From: a virus
Taxonomy: Duplodnaviria > Caudoviricetes
Reading direction: 5' to 3' (one strand)
Virus record (IMG/VR): IMGVR_UViG_3300039076_000082
Coordinates: 20,956 to 84,955 of that record
Length of the DNA stretch: 64,000 bases
Position 1 is the first letter of the stretch. Every line of letters starts with the position of its first letter. The notes beneath the pieces were generated by a model. That model saw only the letters and a list, made by a program, of their open reading frames with translations, searched no databases and was not told the DNA's origin. Below, piece by piece: positions 8,308 through 17,274 of the stretch. The position numbers and the translations under genes are program-made.

Positions 8308-9474
8308 ATGTCATTTAAAACTTGTTTCACTAAAATCTTAGCAGTTAATCCTCATCCGGATACTGAGACTACAGGATTAGATATCGCAACAGTTTACGGA
8401 TTTAACATTGTTGTGAAACGCGGATCAATGAAAGTTGGAGATATCGTTTACTATATCCCTATTGACTCAGTATTACCTCAAGATTTAGAAGAACTTATTT
8501 TTCCACCGACAGGGAAAGTAAAGTTATCAAATTCAAGAGTACGTCAAATTAGACTTCGTAAATTCCCATCGGAAGGTCTGTTAGTGGAAGCCGATACTAT
8601 CCACTCCTTCATGGTAGCACAAAGAGCTTTACGCCCACAAATTACTTCTAATGCGATGTTAGAGCAAGATACTAGCCATATTTTAGGTATTAAAAAATTT
8701 GAACCACCTGCTCCAAAAGAAACTATTTCAGGTAAACCTATTACTTCTAAAAAAAGATTAGCTGAACACCCTCAATTTCATAAGTATAATGGGTTAGATG
8801 CACTAAAATGGGGTAATCCTTTTACCGAAGACGAACAAGTATCTATTCAACTCAAAATGCACGGAACAAATGCTAGATTTGGTAAATTAGCAACAAAACC
8901 CAAAAACCTATTTCAGCGTATTTTGAACCTACTTAAATTATTACCAGAGTATGAGACTAGATACGGTAGCAACAATGTGGATATTACTCTTAAAAACGGC
9001 GCTAGTGGGTTCTACGACACTGACGTATATGGTACGGCTTTTAAAGCTTGTAATGCTGATACTAAAGTAAAAGAGAATGAGATGATATTTGGAGAAATTG
9101 TAGGTGAAGGTATTCAGAAGAATTACCACTATGGACACAAGACTCCACATTTTGTATTATTTGATGTCAAAGTATTTACTGATAAAAACGATTTAAAAGG
9201 TCGTTGGTTAACTCCTTCAGAAGTAGAAATTTATGCTAAAGAAAGAGGATTTGAGATGGTTCCTGTGCTATATAAAGGCTTTTATGACAAAGCTACTATG
9301 GAATCATTGATCTCAGGAGTAGATCCTTATTACCCTCCACATAAAATTAGAGAAGGTATTGTTATTAAATCTGAGAGTAACTATAATGATCCAATGAGTA
9401 GTGCTGGTAAGAAAGCTAGAAAGGTTATTTCACCAGAATACTTGGATGATAAGTCAAATACCGATTTACACTAA
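8308..9474 (+). CDS. ATP-dependent RNA ligase, DRB0094/Rnl5 family
   Basis: N-terminal HP...LDIATVYGFNIVVKRG...GD.VYYIPIDSVLP domain; motif I KMHG; motif IV EGIVIK; true start at ATG 8308 after AAGGAG (track start 8254 lies in the tRNA anticodon). Confidence 0.9.
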   Translation: MSFKTCFTKILAVNPHPDTETTGLDIATVYGFNIVVKRGSMKVGDIVYYIPIDSVLPQDLEELIFPPTGKVKLSNSRVRQIRLRKFPSEGLLVEADTIHSFMVAQRALRPQITSNAMLEQDTSHILGIKKFEPPAPKETISGKPITSKKRLAEHPQFHKYNGLDALKWGNPFTEDEQVSIQLKMHGTNARFGKLATKPKNLFQRILNLLKLLPEYETRYGSNNVDITLKNGASGFYDTDVYGTAFKACNADTKVKENEMIFGEIVGEGIQKNYHYGHKTPHFVLFDVKVFTDKNDLKGRWLTPSEVEIYAKERGFEMVPVLYKGFYDKATMESLISGVDPYYPPHKIREGIVIKSESNYNDPMSSAGKKARKVISPEYLDDKSNTDLH

Positions 9475-9484
9475 AGGATCAACC

Positions 9485-9658
9485 ATGAGTGAAATTATTT
9501 TCCTAACAATTTTCCTATTAGTTCAACTATTTGCTATATTTATCGCTTTTACTTTCAGTAAAGTTATAGCAGGACTATTGACTTTAGTTTGTTTACCGTT
9601 TATAGTAGTTTACTTAGGAGTTATCCTAGATAGGGGAAATAATAATGAAAACCGTTGA
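9485..9658 (+). CDS. small membrane protein (two TM helices)
   Basis: Hydrophobic; start corrected to ATG 9485 after AAGGA. Confidence 0.6.
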   Translation: MSEIIFLTIFLLVQLFAIFIAFTFSKVIAGLLTLVCLPFIVVYLGVILDRGNNNENR

Positions 9659-9833
9659 CCAATACATAGAAATGTTACAATACTGCTTACCTTACGATAA
9701 CAACGATATAGTAAAAGCTATTGAGTTCGGTAGACAATTAGCTCTACTTGAGGTAAAGTCTAAGTTGACAGGAATGGTTGTAAACGGTACAGTTAAAGGT
9801 GTAGTTACTGAGGAGCAGTTGGAGAAGTTATGA
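9645..9833 (+). CDS. hypothetical protein
   Basis: Overlapping packed ORF. Confidence 0.6.
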   Translation: MKTVDQYIEMLQYCLPYDNNDIVKAIEFGRQLALLEVKSKLTGMVVNGTVKGVVTEEQLEKL

Positions 9834-10039
9834 TTTTACAAGATGAAGAACAGTGTTTAGACTTTTATATTAGAGAATTTGATAGAAGTAATTTCACTCA
9901 CGTTAACGATACCAGTATTGGAGAAAGTGTATCTTATGTTATGTGCGAAGATATTTGTAATCTACTGAAAAAACTTAAAAATTCTAAACAAAAGATAAAA
10001 GAACTCGAAGAAGACTTATATTATTCTTATTACTTTTAG
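9830..10039 (+). CDS. hypothetical protein
   Basis: ATGA overlap, GGAG RBS. Confidence 0.6.
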   Translation: MILQDEEQCLDFYIREFDRSNFTHVNDTSIGESVSYVMCEDICNLLKKLKNSKQKIKELEEDLYYSYYF

Positions 10040-10042
10040 TAT

Positions 10043-10333
10043 ATGAGCCTTAAATCTCCTTCCAAATACTACTCACTATCCTATCTCCTCCTAATCAAAC
10101 AGAACAATTACTATCTCAACTACGACTTTCAGCCAGAAGAAGTAGATGCACTTATTTGGCAGAAGCAACAAAAGCTGTTACCTAAGCCTCAAATAAATAT
10201 AGAAGATATTACTTCAAAGCTTTGTACTAGCTGTAAGAAAGTGAAAGATTTAGTGGAGTTTGATAGGGACTCGTCGAAACTTTTGTTGAGACGATCACAT
10301 TGTAAGAAATGTAGAAAAAGAGTTCCTTTTTAA
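10043..10333 (+). CDS. hypothetical protein with C-terminal Cys4 zinc-binding motif
   Basis: CTSC...CKKC. Confidence 0.65.
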   Translation: MSLKSPSKYYSLSYLLLIKQNNYYLNYDFQPEEVDALIWQKQQKLLPKPQINIEDITSKLCTSCKKVKDLVEFDRDSSKLLLRRSHCKKCRKRVPF

Positions 10334-10345
10334 TTGGGAGAATTT

Positions 10346-10966
10346 ATGAAAAATATTAGCAATACTTTTGTTACTTCAGATTTACATTTCGGACATAAAG
10401 CGGTTATTGAATACTGTAATCGACCATTTAAAAGCCTAGAGGAAATGGACGAAACTTTAATTAAAAACTGGAACAAGGTTGTTAAACCTATAGACAAAGT
10501 TTATGTATTGGGCGATTTCTTCATGTATCACAAAAAACCTAAGCTGAGAGAGATTATGTCTCGTTTAAACGGCACTAAGATTTTAGTACTAGGGAACCAC
10601 GACATGAGCGATAGAGAGATGGAATCTATAGGATTCTCTTTTGTTTGTAGAAGTGCAACTATAAATTTAGCTAATGAATTAGTAAATTTGTCACATTTCC
10701 CATATAAAAGAAGTAAGTTATACTACCTATTTTGGGATACGCTACATAAACTATTTCCTAAACGATTTTTTAGACCGAGAAGATTTCATTATATGTTAGA
10801 GGATGATGGTAAGTACCTTCTACATGGGCACACGCATGGGAAAGATAAAGTTACTGCTGGTAAAATGATTCATGTTGGTGTAGACGCTTGGAATTATACT
10901 CCTGTACCTTTACAAAAGATTGCGGATATTATCGGTAAGTTGAAAAAAGGTGAAATAATTAGTTGA
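10346..10966 (+). CDS. calcineurin-like metallophosphoesterase
   Basis: SDLHFGH, LGDF, GNHD, HGHTH motifs; start corrected to 10346. Confidence 0.92.
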   Translation: MKNISNTFVTSDLHFGHKAVIEYCNRPFKSLEEMDETLIKNWNKVVKPIDKVYVLGDFFMYHKKPKLREIMSRLNGTKILVLGNHDMSDREMESIGFSFVCRSATINLANELVNLSHFPYKRSKLYYLFWDTLHKLFPKRFFRPRRFHYMLEDDGKYLLHGHTHGKDKVTAGKMIHVGVDAWNYTPVPLQKIADIIGKLKKGEIIS

Positions 10967-10991
10967 CAATACTTTTTAGCTATTGTAAACT
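10963..10991 (+). promoter_or_regulatory. sigma70-type promoter of ncRNA candidate
   Basis: TTGACA-17 nt-TAAACT; predicted +1 near G10998. Confidence 0.7.
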
Positions 10992-10997
10992 ATATTT

Positions 10998-11374
10998 GAG
11001 CTAGCGATGTGGTAAGCTGAGAAAGTTGTTACAAGAGGTTCGATTCCTCGGGTACTAGATGGGTTCATAACAACAAGTAACTGGAGACACTTCCTTTGCC
11101 GGCACGACAAGAGTTCCTGCGAGTACCTTCAACAATCGTGTACTGGTTGGTACTTTAAATAGAAAAGTCAGAGTAGCGCCTGACCTAGCTCATTATTTAA
11201 AGGTTCTACTGTAAAATTTGATGATTAATAATTGGAGCTTTTCATATTGATGTTCAAGCTGGAAAGTAGCGCCTCTGACAATGCTGACTCAATATAATAC
11301 TAGTCGAAAAGTAGGTGCGGTTCGCTTTATACCGCTTAATGAAATGGATGATCAGCGTACCATTAGCCTTTAAA
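10998..11374 (+). ncRNA. candidate two-domain structured RNA with tRNA-like T-arm
   Basis: Closing stems GAGCTAG 10998-11004 / CTAGCTC 11185-11191 and TTTAAAGGTT 11196-11205 / AGCCTTTAAA 11365-11374; T-arm GAGG-TTCGATT-CCTC 11035-11049; no sizeable ORF; GC above background. Confidence 0.6.
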
Positions 11375-11520
11375 TCCTTTATTCGGAGATAATTATGATT
11401 ACTTTAATTTTTGTGCTAATATACTACTATATACTCTTCAATAGTTCAACTACTGAAACAGATTTATATAAACAATATGACTATATCGGTATTTGTAAAT
11501 CAAATCCTTGGGACTAACAA

Positions 11521-11985
11521 ATGACTAAACTTATACTAATACTACTACTAACATTAGCACCACTATCTTACGCTAGTGCTCCTATTAACTATGCTTCAGG
11601 TATTGATCCTGCTTCTTTTGAAAAGCTCCATCCTAAACTTAAAGATATTGCTTATTTTGTAGCATCATTTTGTCAACAGAACGGTATTAAGTTTGTAATT
11701 ACTTCTACCATTAGAACAAAAGAAAGGAATCGTTTAGTTGGTGGAAAGAGCGAAACCCACACCTCCGGACGTGCGTTCGATTTCTCATTAAGAGAAGAAT
11801 ATGGTTGGACTGATGATAGGATCATGCTACTAGTTTATCAAATTGAGAGAAACTATAAAGAGTTTGGAGCTTACTCATTAAACGGAGGTAAGCAAGTAGT
11901 AATCTTTAATCATAGTGCAGAATCTGGTAAGGGGGGATTGTACCATTCTCATATTCAAGTAAGAAGAGATTTACCGTGGAATTGA
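11521..11985 (+). CDS. peptidase M15-family (zinc) endolysin-like protein with N-terminal signal peptide
   Basis: R..SETH..GRAFD and HSHIQ zinc ligands; hydrophobic N-terminus ending in an AxA site. Confidence 0.75.
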   Translation: MTKLILILLLTLAPLSYASAPINYASGIDPASFEKLHPKLKDIAYFVASFCQQNGIKFVITSTIRTKERNRLVGGKSETHTSGRAFDFSLREEYGWTDDRIMLLVYQIERNYKEFGAYSLNGGKQVVIFNHSAESGKGGLYHSHIQVRRDLPWN

Positions 11986-11988
11986 TTA

Positions 11989-12900
11989 ATGAAGAATAAA
12001 TACCAAGATAGAATAGGATCTATTATTAGAGGTTGTCTAGTATTAGAATGTTTTAAAAAAGACAATATACAAAATCCTTATTTTAAAGTAAAATGCAAAT
12101 GTGGTAATATTTTTACAATAGCTAGTACTACTTTATGTAATAAAGCTTATTCAAATAAAGATTCTAATTGTGGGTGTATTGTTAGAGTAACGTCTAATGG
12201 TAAAAAAGATGGTAGGATAATTCCTGAGAATAATATAGGTAAAACAATTAGACAATGTAAAATATTAAGCTATATTCCTAATTTACAAAAACCAAAAGAT
12301 AAAAGTTCAGGTAAATATGAGTGCGTTTGTACTTGTGGAAATACTTTTATTATCTCTCATAGTCATTTATTTAAAAAGCAATTAAAGAACATTAGAGCTA
12401 ATTGCGGATGCTTCAGAGAAGAGCCGAAAGAATACAAAAGAGAGTACGATTCTGCAACATATCATAGACTTTATCAACATAAAAAATATACTACCATTCG
12501 TAGAAATTTAGAATTTTCTTTATCTGAAGAACAATTCATTAATATATCAAAAAAGCCGTGCATATATTGTGAAAAAGTGACATTAAGGAACTCTTATATA
12601 AAAGTAGAGGATACCTTTGGTTCCAATAAAGGAAAAACTGGAGAATTAATTCTTAGTAATATAAAGGGAGATAGATTAAAGAATGTAGATAAGTATACTG
12701 TACCATGTTCAGGTATAGATAGAATAGATAATAGTAAAGGGTATATAGTAGATAATTGTGTACCATGTTGCACTTATTGTAACACCATAAAAGGTACTAG
12801 AACTGTTGAAGAGTTTTACAAAAGAGTAGAAGATCTTGCACCAACTCATGAACAGTGTGCTAAAATCTTATCAGTCAAAAGAAAACGTGAGAAAAAATAA
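11989..12900 (+). CDS. HNH-type homing endonuclease
   Basis: Two C.C.CGN.F repeats; CIYC...GIDRIDNSKGY..DNCVPCCTYCN..K; paralogous to 7465-8076. Confidence 0.85.
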   Translation: MKNKYQDRIGSIIRGCLVLECFKKDNIQNPYFKVKCKCGNIFTIASTTLCNKAYSNKDSNCGCIVRVTSNGKKDGRIIPENNIGKTIRQCKILSYIPNLQKPKDKSSGKYECVCTCGNTFIISHSHLFKKQLKNIRANCGCFREEPKEYKREYDSATYHRLYQHKKYTTIRRNLEFSLSEEQFINISKKPCIYCEKVTLRNSYIKVEDTFGSNKGKTGELILSNIKGDRLKNVDKYTVPCSGIDRIDNSKGYIVDNCVPCCTYCNTIKGTRTVEEFYKRVEDLAPTHEQCAKILSVKRKREKK

Positions 12901-13295
12901 TGGAATATAGAGCTACTACCGAAGACATTACAATCCTCGTTTCTACTCGTTACAATCACGAAAAGTCCAGTAACGAATCTACTTACTACAACTACTCAGT
13001 TATCTTCCTAAACAATACCATCTTCGATTGGGAAATAGTTGGTAGGAGCTTAACAGTACGTCCTAATACAATGGACAATCAATCTAAAGATATCACTATA
13101 AACAGTCTCAGTCAGTCAATTAAAGGTGCTATTCTACCTTACGAAGGTGAGTACGTCTACGATACATTCTCCGCTAATAACGGACCAGTAAGCGTTCGTG
13201 GCTACTACGTTTTAAGAAATACTACAACTAACCAGCTACTTGAGGTAAAGTTCCCATTAACATTCTTTCCGAAGGTAGACTATGACCTTTTCTGA
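12900..13295 (+). CDS. apaG: ApaG (DUF525)-like protein, divergent
   Basis: TEDITILVSTRY..EKS...YYNYSVIFLN...VGRSLTV...Y.Y.T.......V.G.Y......F spacing typical of ApaG; lacks GxGVVG. Confidence 0.65.
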   Translation: MEYRATTEDITILVSTRYNHEKSSNESTYYNYSVIFLNNTIFDWEIVGRSLTVRPNTMDNQSKDITINSLSQSIKGAILPYEGEYVYDTFSANNGPVSVRGYYVLRNTTTNQLLEVKFPLTFFPKVDYDLF

Positions 13296-13470
13296 AGTAC
13301 TATTCCTAATCCCATTACTGATTCTGTGGATGAGTTTAATAGCTATAACTACTGCCAATATGATTAAATTCACGTTTATTGCTGTCAAAGAACGTGATTA
13401 TAATTTCTTAGCTCAAGCTTTTCTCTTGACAATTATCCCGATACTGTTAGTATTCTTGTTAGATACCTAG
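13282..13470 (+). CDS. small membrane protein
   Basis: Two hydrophobic segments. Confidence 0.55.
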   Translation: MTFSEVLFLIPLLILWMSLIAITTANMIKFTFIAVKERDYNFLAQAFLLTIIPILLVFLLDT

Positions 13471-13480
13471 GAGGTTCTAC

Positions 13481-13861
13481 TTGGGAAGAAATAAGGACAT
13501 ATACTCGGAACCCAAAAGCGGAGAAGTAAAATCTCTCAAAAAGAGAATAGCTAAGTTAGAAAATGAAAATAGGCGATTAAAAAGCGAACTTAAAACTTTT
13601 GAAGCTATGTTTCGTCGTACTGTAATATACTTGAAAAAAGATACCGAAGAGCTTAGTATTGAGCAGATTATCAAAGGTGTGGATGACGATAAGACGCTGT
13701 TCCAGATTAAAGAAGACAATAAAGGTAAATGGGCTTGTCATAAATGCGAAGATGGAGAATTACGCTTAATTATTGTACCTCAAGGACGTTACTTTAGAAA
13801 ATGTAATAAGTGCGAGAATAGAACAGATACAAAGACTTATCACGATAAAGTGGAGAAATAG
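13481..13861 (+). CDS. coiled-coil and zinc-ribbon protein (TTG start)
   Basis: AGGAGG RBS; CHKC...CNKC. Confidence 0.7.
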   Translation: MGRNKDIYSEPKSGEVKSLKKRIAKLENENRRLKSELKTFEAMFRRTVIYLKKDTEELSIEQIIKGVDDDKTLFQIKEDNKGKWACHKCEDGELRLIIVPQGRYFRKCNKCENRTDTKTYHDKVEK

Positions 13862-13863
13862 TT

Positions 13864-14127
13864 ATGAAATGGGTAAAATGGTTAATTGATTGGTGGATAG
13901 ATTTTGATCCTGTATATTATGAACCTTTAGTAAAGGTTACAGATCGTTACTGTAAAGGTTCTCAACATGAGTTTCCTCGTTATGTGACTTACAATAGTGT
14001 TATAGGAGCTAAAGATACCGATTTTTGTCAGTGTCGTAAATATCGTGCTAAAGAGTATTTCGATTTACAGATTTCAGAAATGAGAGAATTGTTATACGGT
14101 AAAAATGAACATACAACTAAAATGTAA
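13864..14127 (+). CDS. hypothetical protein
   Basis: GGAG RBS, packed. Confidence 0.6.
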   Translation: MKWVKWLIDWWIDFDPVYYEPLVKVTDRYCKGSQHEFPRYVTYNSVIGAKDTDFCQCRKYRAKEYFDLQISEMRELLYGKNEHTTKM

Positions 14128-14377
14128 ATATTGTGATTCTGTCATTGAAGTACCGTTAAAGTGGGCTATTGATAATCAAAGAGTTTTTTGCAATTTCTGC
14201 TGTAAATCCTTTGACGTATCAGTTCAAAGTGCTCCAGACGAAGCCAAACAAGACCATTCTGCTGTAGAACAAGAAGTACAATCTATAGTTAACAAAGATA
14301 TCGAATCAGAAGAAGCGTTATATATCGCATCCGATGAAGACGACCAATGGAACTTTTATGACGGATTACCATTTTAG
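14105..14377 (+). CDS. zinc-finger protein with acidic SSB-like C-terminal tail
   Basis: CKYC...CNFC; ends DEDDQWNFYDGLPF. Confidence 0.7.
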   Translation: MNIQLKCKYCDSVIEVPLKWAIDNQRVFCNFCCKSFDVSVQSAPDEAKQDHSAVEQEVQSIVNKDIESEEALYIASDEDDQWNFYDGLPF

Positions 14378-14383
14378 GAGATT

Positions 14384-14848
14384 ATGAATAAAGTAATACT
14401 ATTTCCCGAATATAAAAACGAAGCTATAGTAAAACCTTTTCTGTACGATCTTTATAGCGATAAGAAACTTGCGACCACTTACTTCAACAATATTACTAGA
14501 CCTAATAATGAAACTGAAGCTAGACAGTATGTTGACGATATACTAAGTTGGCAAGCTTATAAAGGCTACATCATACTATACGAAGGTATAATGGTAGGAG
14601 AAGTTGGTTACTTAGCTAACAGTCCCAATCCATTAAACGTAGTAATCAGAGAACAGTTCCAAGGTAAAGGAATAGCTAAAGAAGCCATTAAACAAATAAT
14701 GGCGCTTTACCCAAATAAAACATTTACAGCTACTATTCTATCTGATAATATAGCTTCTATAAGCTTGTTTAAAAGCTTAGGGTTTGTTAAAACCGGAAGA
14801 GACGATTACTATCAACTGGATATCTACGAGTATAATTATGAGCTATAA
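14384..14848 (+). CDS. GNAT-family N-acetyltransferase
   Basis: FQGKGIAKEAI motif A; N.ASISLFKSLGF motif B. Confidence 0.88.
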   Translation: MNKVILFPEYKNEAIVKPFLYDLYSDKKLATTYFNNITRPNNETEARQYVDDILSWQAYKGYIILYEGIMVGEVGYLANSPNPLNVVIREQFQGKGIAKEAIKQIMALYPNKTFTATILSDNIASISLFKSLGFVKTGRDDYYQLDIYEYNYEL

Positions 14849-15479
14849 ATTAATTTTAGGTGATTGTTTACAAGAAATTGATAAATTAGCATCAGTAGAC
14901 CATGTTCTAACTAGTCCTCCCTATAACAGGAAAAGAAACGACAAATATTTACATTTTAAAGATCAAAATAATAATTGGTATGAAATGAATAAGCAAGTAA
15001 TTACTAAACTACTAGCTATAACAAAGGGTTATATATTCTACAACATTCAAGCTAATTATTACAATAGAGCTGACGTTTATCGTTTAATTGGTGATTTTGC
15101 TAATGAAATTAAAGAAATCATAATTTGGGAAAAATCTAACCCTATGCCAGCTTCAGGTAATAGTATTACTAATTCTGTAGAATATTTTTTAGTTTTAGGT
15201 AACAAACCACTAAAATCCAATAAAACTTATACTAAAAATATCATAACTACCTCAGTTAATTCTAATATGCCAAAAATACATAAAGCTGTCATGAAGCAAG
15301 AAGTATCTGATTATTTTATTAATAACTTTACCCAAGAAGGTGAGACGGTGCTAGACTGTTTTAGTGGTTTAGCTACTACTGGTGTAAGTTGTCTAAAGAA
15401 TAATAGAAATTATATAGGTATAGAATTAGAAGAAGTTTACTATAACGAGTCAATTAAAATATTGGAGAAATTGTCATGA
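14838..15479 (+). CDS. DNA N4-cytosine/N6-adenine methyltransferase (beta class)
   Basis: TSPPY catalytic motif precedes VLDCFSGLATTG SAM-binding motif; start corrected to 14838. Confidence 0.9.
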   Translation: MSYKLILGDCLQEIDKLASVDHVLTSPPYNRKRNDKYLHFKDQNNNWYEMNKQVITKLLAITKGYIFYNIQANYYNRADVYRLIGDFANEIKEIIIWEKSNPMPASGNSITNSVEYFLVLGNKPLKSNKTYTKNIITTSVNSNMPKIHKAVMKQEVSDYFINNFTQEGETVLDCFSGLATTGVSCLKNNRNYIGIELEEVYYNESIKILEKLS

Positions 15480-15569
15480 TTGGTTTGGAACAAATAGGAC
15501 TCATTATCGGATTAGGATTTGTAATAGCTTTACCTATTGCTACGTTGCTAATTCTTAGGAGTAAATACG

Positions 15570-16448
15570 GTGGAAAATAAGTACTTAGAAAAAGGACAAT
15601 CTCTCATATTACCATTTGGTATATTTACTGCTCCTATTTCTGGAAATTACTCTATACATGAAGATTCTTGTTTATACAATCCTTCTTATATAAATATTTT
15701 TAATATAGTAAAAAGTAGCATTACAATAGATAGCAGTAAACTTGAAGGCTACTATACTAGTATTCCTAAACAACTAGACCAAGTACTTGAATACGTGAAA
15801 GATCGTTATAAACTTAACAATGATACTGCTAATAAACTCTATATAGCTGGTGGAGCGATTCGTAGTTTAATTTTAAACGAAGAAGTCAAAGATTACGATA
15901 TCTTTATTGAGAATGACGAAGTAAAAACGCTTCTACTAGAAGAATCTAAAACCAAATGTAATGGTTCTTATATCTCAGATAACGCTATTACTTTATACTC
16001 TCCTTATGGTCAGATTCAAATTATTACGACTAAAACTGGCTTTCCTTGGGAAGTAATTGATGAGTTTGACTTTGTAATGAATCAGAACTACTACTGTCCT
16101 AATCTAACAGTAGCAGGAGTTTGTGATGGGTTGTATATTGCCGATATTGATACTGTAATGAGTAAGAAGCTCAAGATAAATAAACATTGTCGTAACAAGC
16201 TCGGAACACTAGCTAGATTAGCTAAGTTTTTAGAACGTGGCTACTTACCTCCAAATAAGTTGGACTTAGTAGAGTTAGGAATAGCTATTTCAAAACTTAA
16301 TCCAATTACTACCTTGACAGAATTAGCTTCCGAGAGTAAATTGTACTTGAATGCGGAAGAAGTTTCAGGTCTATGTGATGGGACTACTTTAGCATTTTGT
16401 AGTGACGAAGAGATAGATAGTTTAAATAATAGAGGGAGTGGGTTATGA
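15570..16448 (+). CDS. nucleotidyltransferase of the poly(A) polymerase/CCA-adding head-domain type
   Basis: YIAGGAIRSL...KDYDIF; FDF motif; RL.KF..RGY. Confidence 0.75.
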   Translation: MENKYLEKGQSLILPFGIFTAPISGNYSIHEDSCLYNPSYINIFNIVKSSITIDSSKLEGYYTSIPKQLDQVLEYVKDRYKLNNDTANKLYIAGGAIRSLILNEEVKDYDIFIENDEVKTLLLEESKTKCNGSYISDNAITLYSPYGQIQIITTKTGFPWEVIDEFDFVMNQNYYCPNLTVAGVCDGLYIADIDTVMSKKLKINKHCRNKLGTLARLAKFLERGYLPPNKLDLVELGIAISKLNPITTLTELASESKLYLNAEEVSGLCDGTTLAFCSDEEIDSLNNRGSGL

Positions 16449-16614
16449 AGTATGAGATATCTGTTCATAAATATAAGTACTCTCAAAGCAGTAGACGTAA
16501 TATTTTAAAAAAGCTATCAAACCAAGGTTTTATAAATTATATAGGTCAAAATAAAACACACTACTATTATACAATAACTTCAGAAGTTGGAATGACCGAA
16601 TATAGGAAGAGGAA

Positions 16615-17274
16615 ATGAATAGCGAAAAGAAACTAATTATTAGCTTAACTGGTGCCAAGAAATCAGGTAAATCTACAGCTGGTGAGATTCTGTCTTACAT
16701 GTTCCCAGATGCTAAAGTTACAGCAATTGCTGGAAAACTTAAACAAGCTTGCTCAAATGCATACGATTTAGAGCCTATCTTTTTCGAGTCTCAGGAGCTA
16801 AAAGAAACAAATCTAATCTACCCCATTAAGACTGACGTATTGAAGCTATGCGAGCTTATTAACAGCTTTAAAGTTAATAAAAAAGCTATCAAGATTGACA
16901 GTAATCTATTGGAAGAGTTTGCTACTTATAAAATGCAGAATCCTCGCCATATTATGCAACAAGTCGGTATGTTAATTCGTAACCTGTTCGGTAGCGATAT
17001 CCACATGAAACACTTGGACCTGTCCCATGACGTAACTATCGTAACTGATGTTAGGTTTAAGAATGAGTTTGATTGGCTAAATAAGAGGAAAGATGCTATT
17101 CATTTACCGCTATACGTTAAGAATGATCTAGTTGAAAATTCAGGAGATCTCCATATTTCTGAACAAGAGTACTTGACATTTAAAGATAAGTGTGTAACTA
17201 TCGACAATAGTAAATTGGATATCATGGACTTCTCTGAACAAATTGAAGACGTTATTTTTAGTAGGTTTAGCTAG
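16615..17274 (+). CDS. deoxynucleoside monophosphate kinase
   Basis: GAKKSGKST P-loop; PR.IMQQVG; TDVRF.NE; H.SE. Confidence 0.88.
   Translation: MNSEKKLIISLTGAKKSGKSTAGEILSYMFPDAKVTAIAGKLKQACSNAYDLEPIFFESQELKETNLIYPIKTDVLKLCELINSFKVNKKAIKIDSNLLEEFATYKMQNPRHIMQQVGMLIRNLFGSDIHMKHLDLSHDVTIVTDVRFKNEFDWLNKRKDAIHLPLYVKNDLVENSGDLHISEQEYLTFKDKCVTIDNSKLDIMDFSEQIEDVIFSRFS

Noticed and set aside
10998-11374. tmRNA (standard or permuted)
   Set aside because: The T-arm is not followed by an Ala acceptor strand with G3-U70 and CCA; no tag frame is evident
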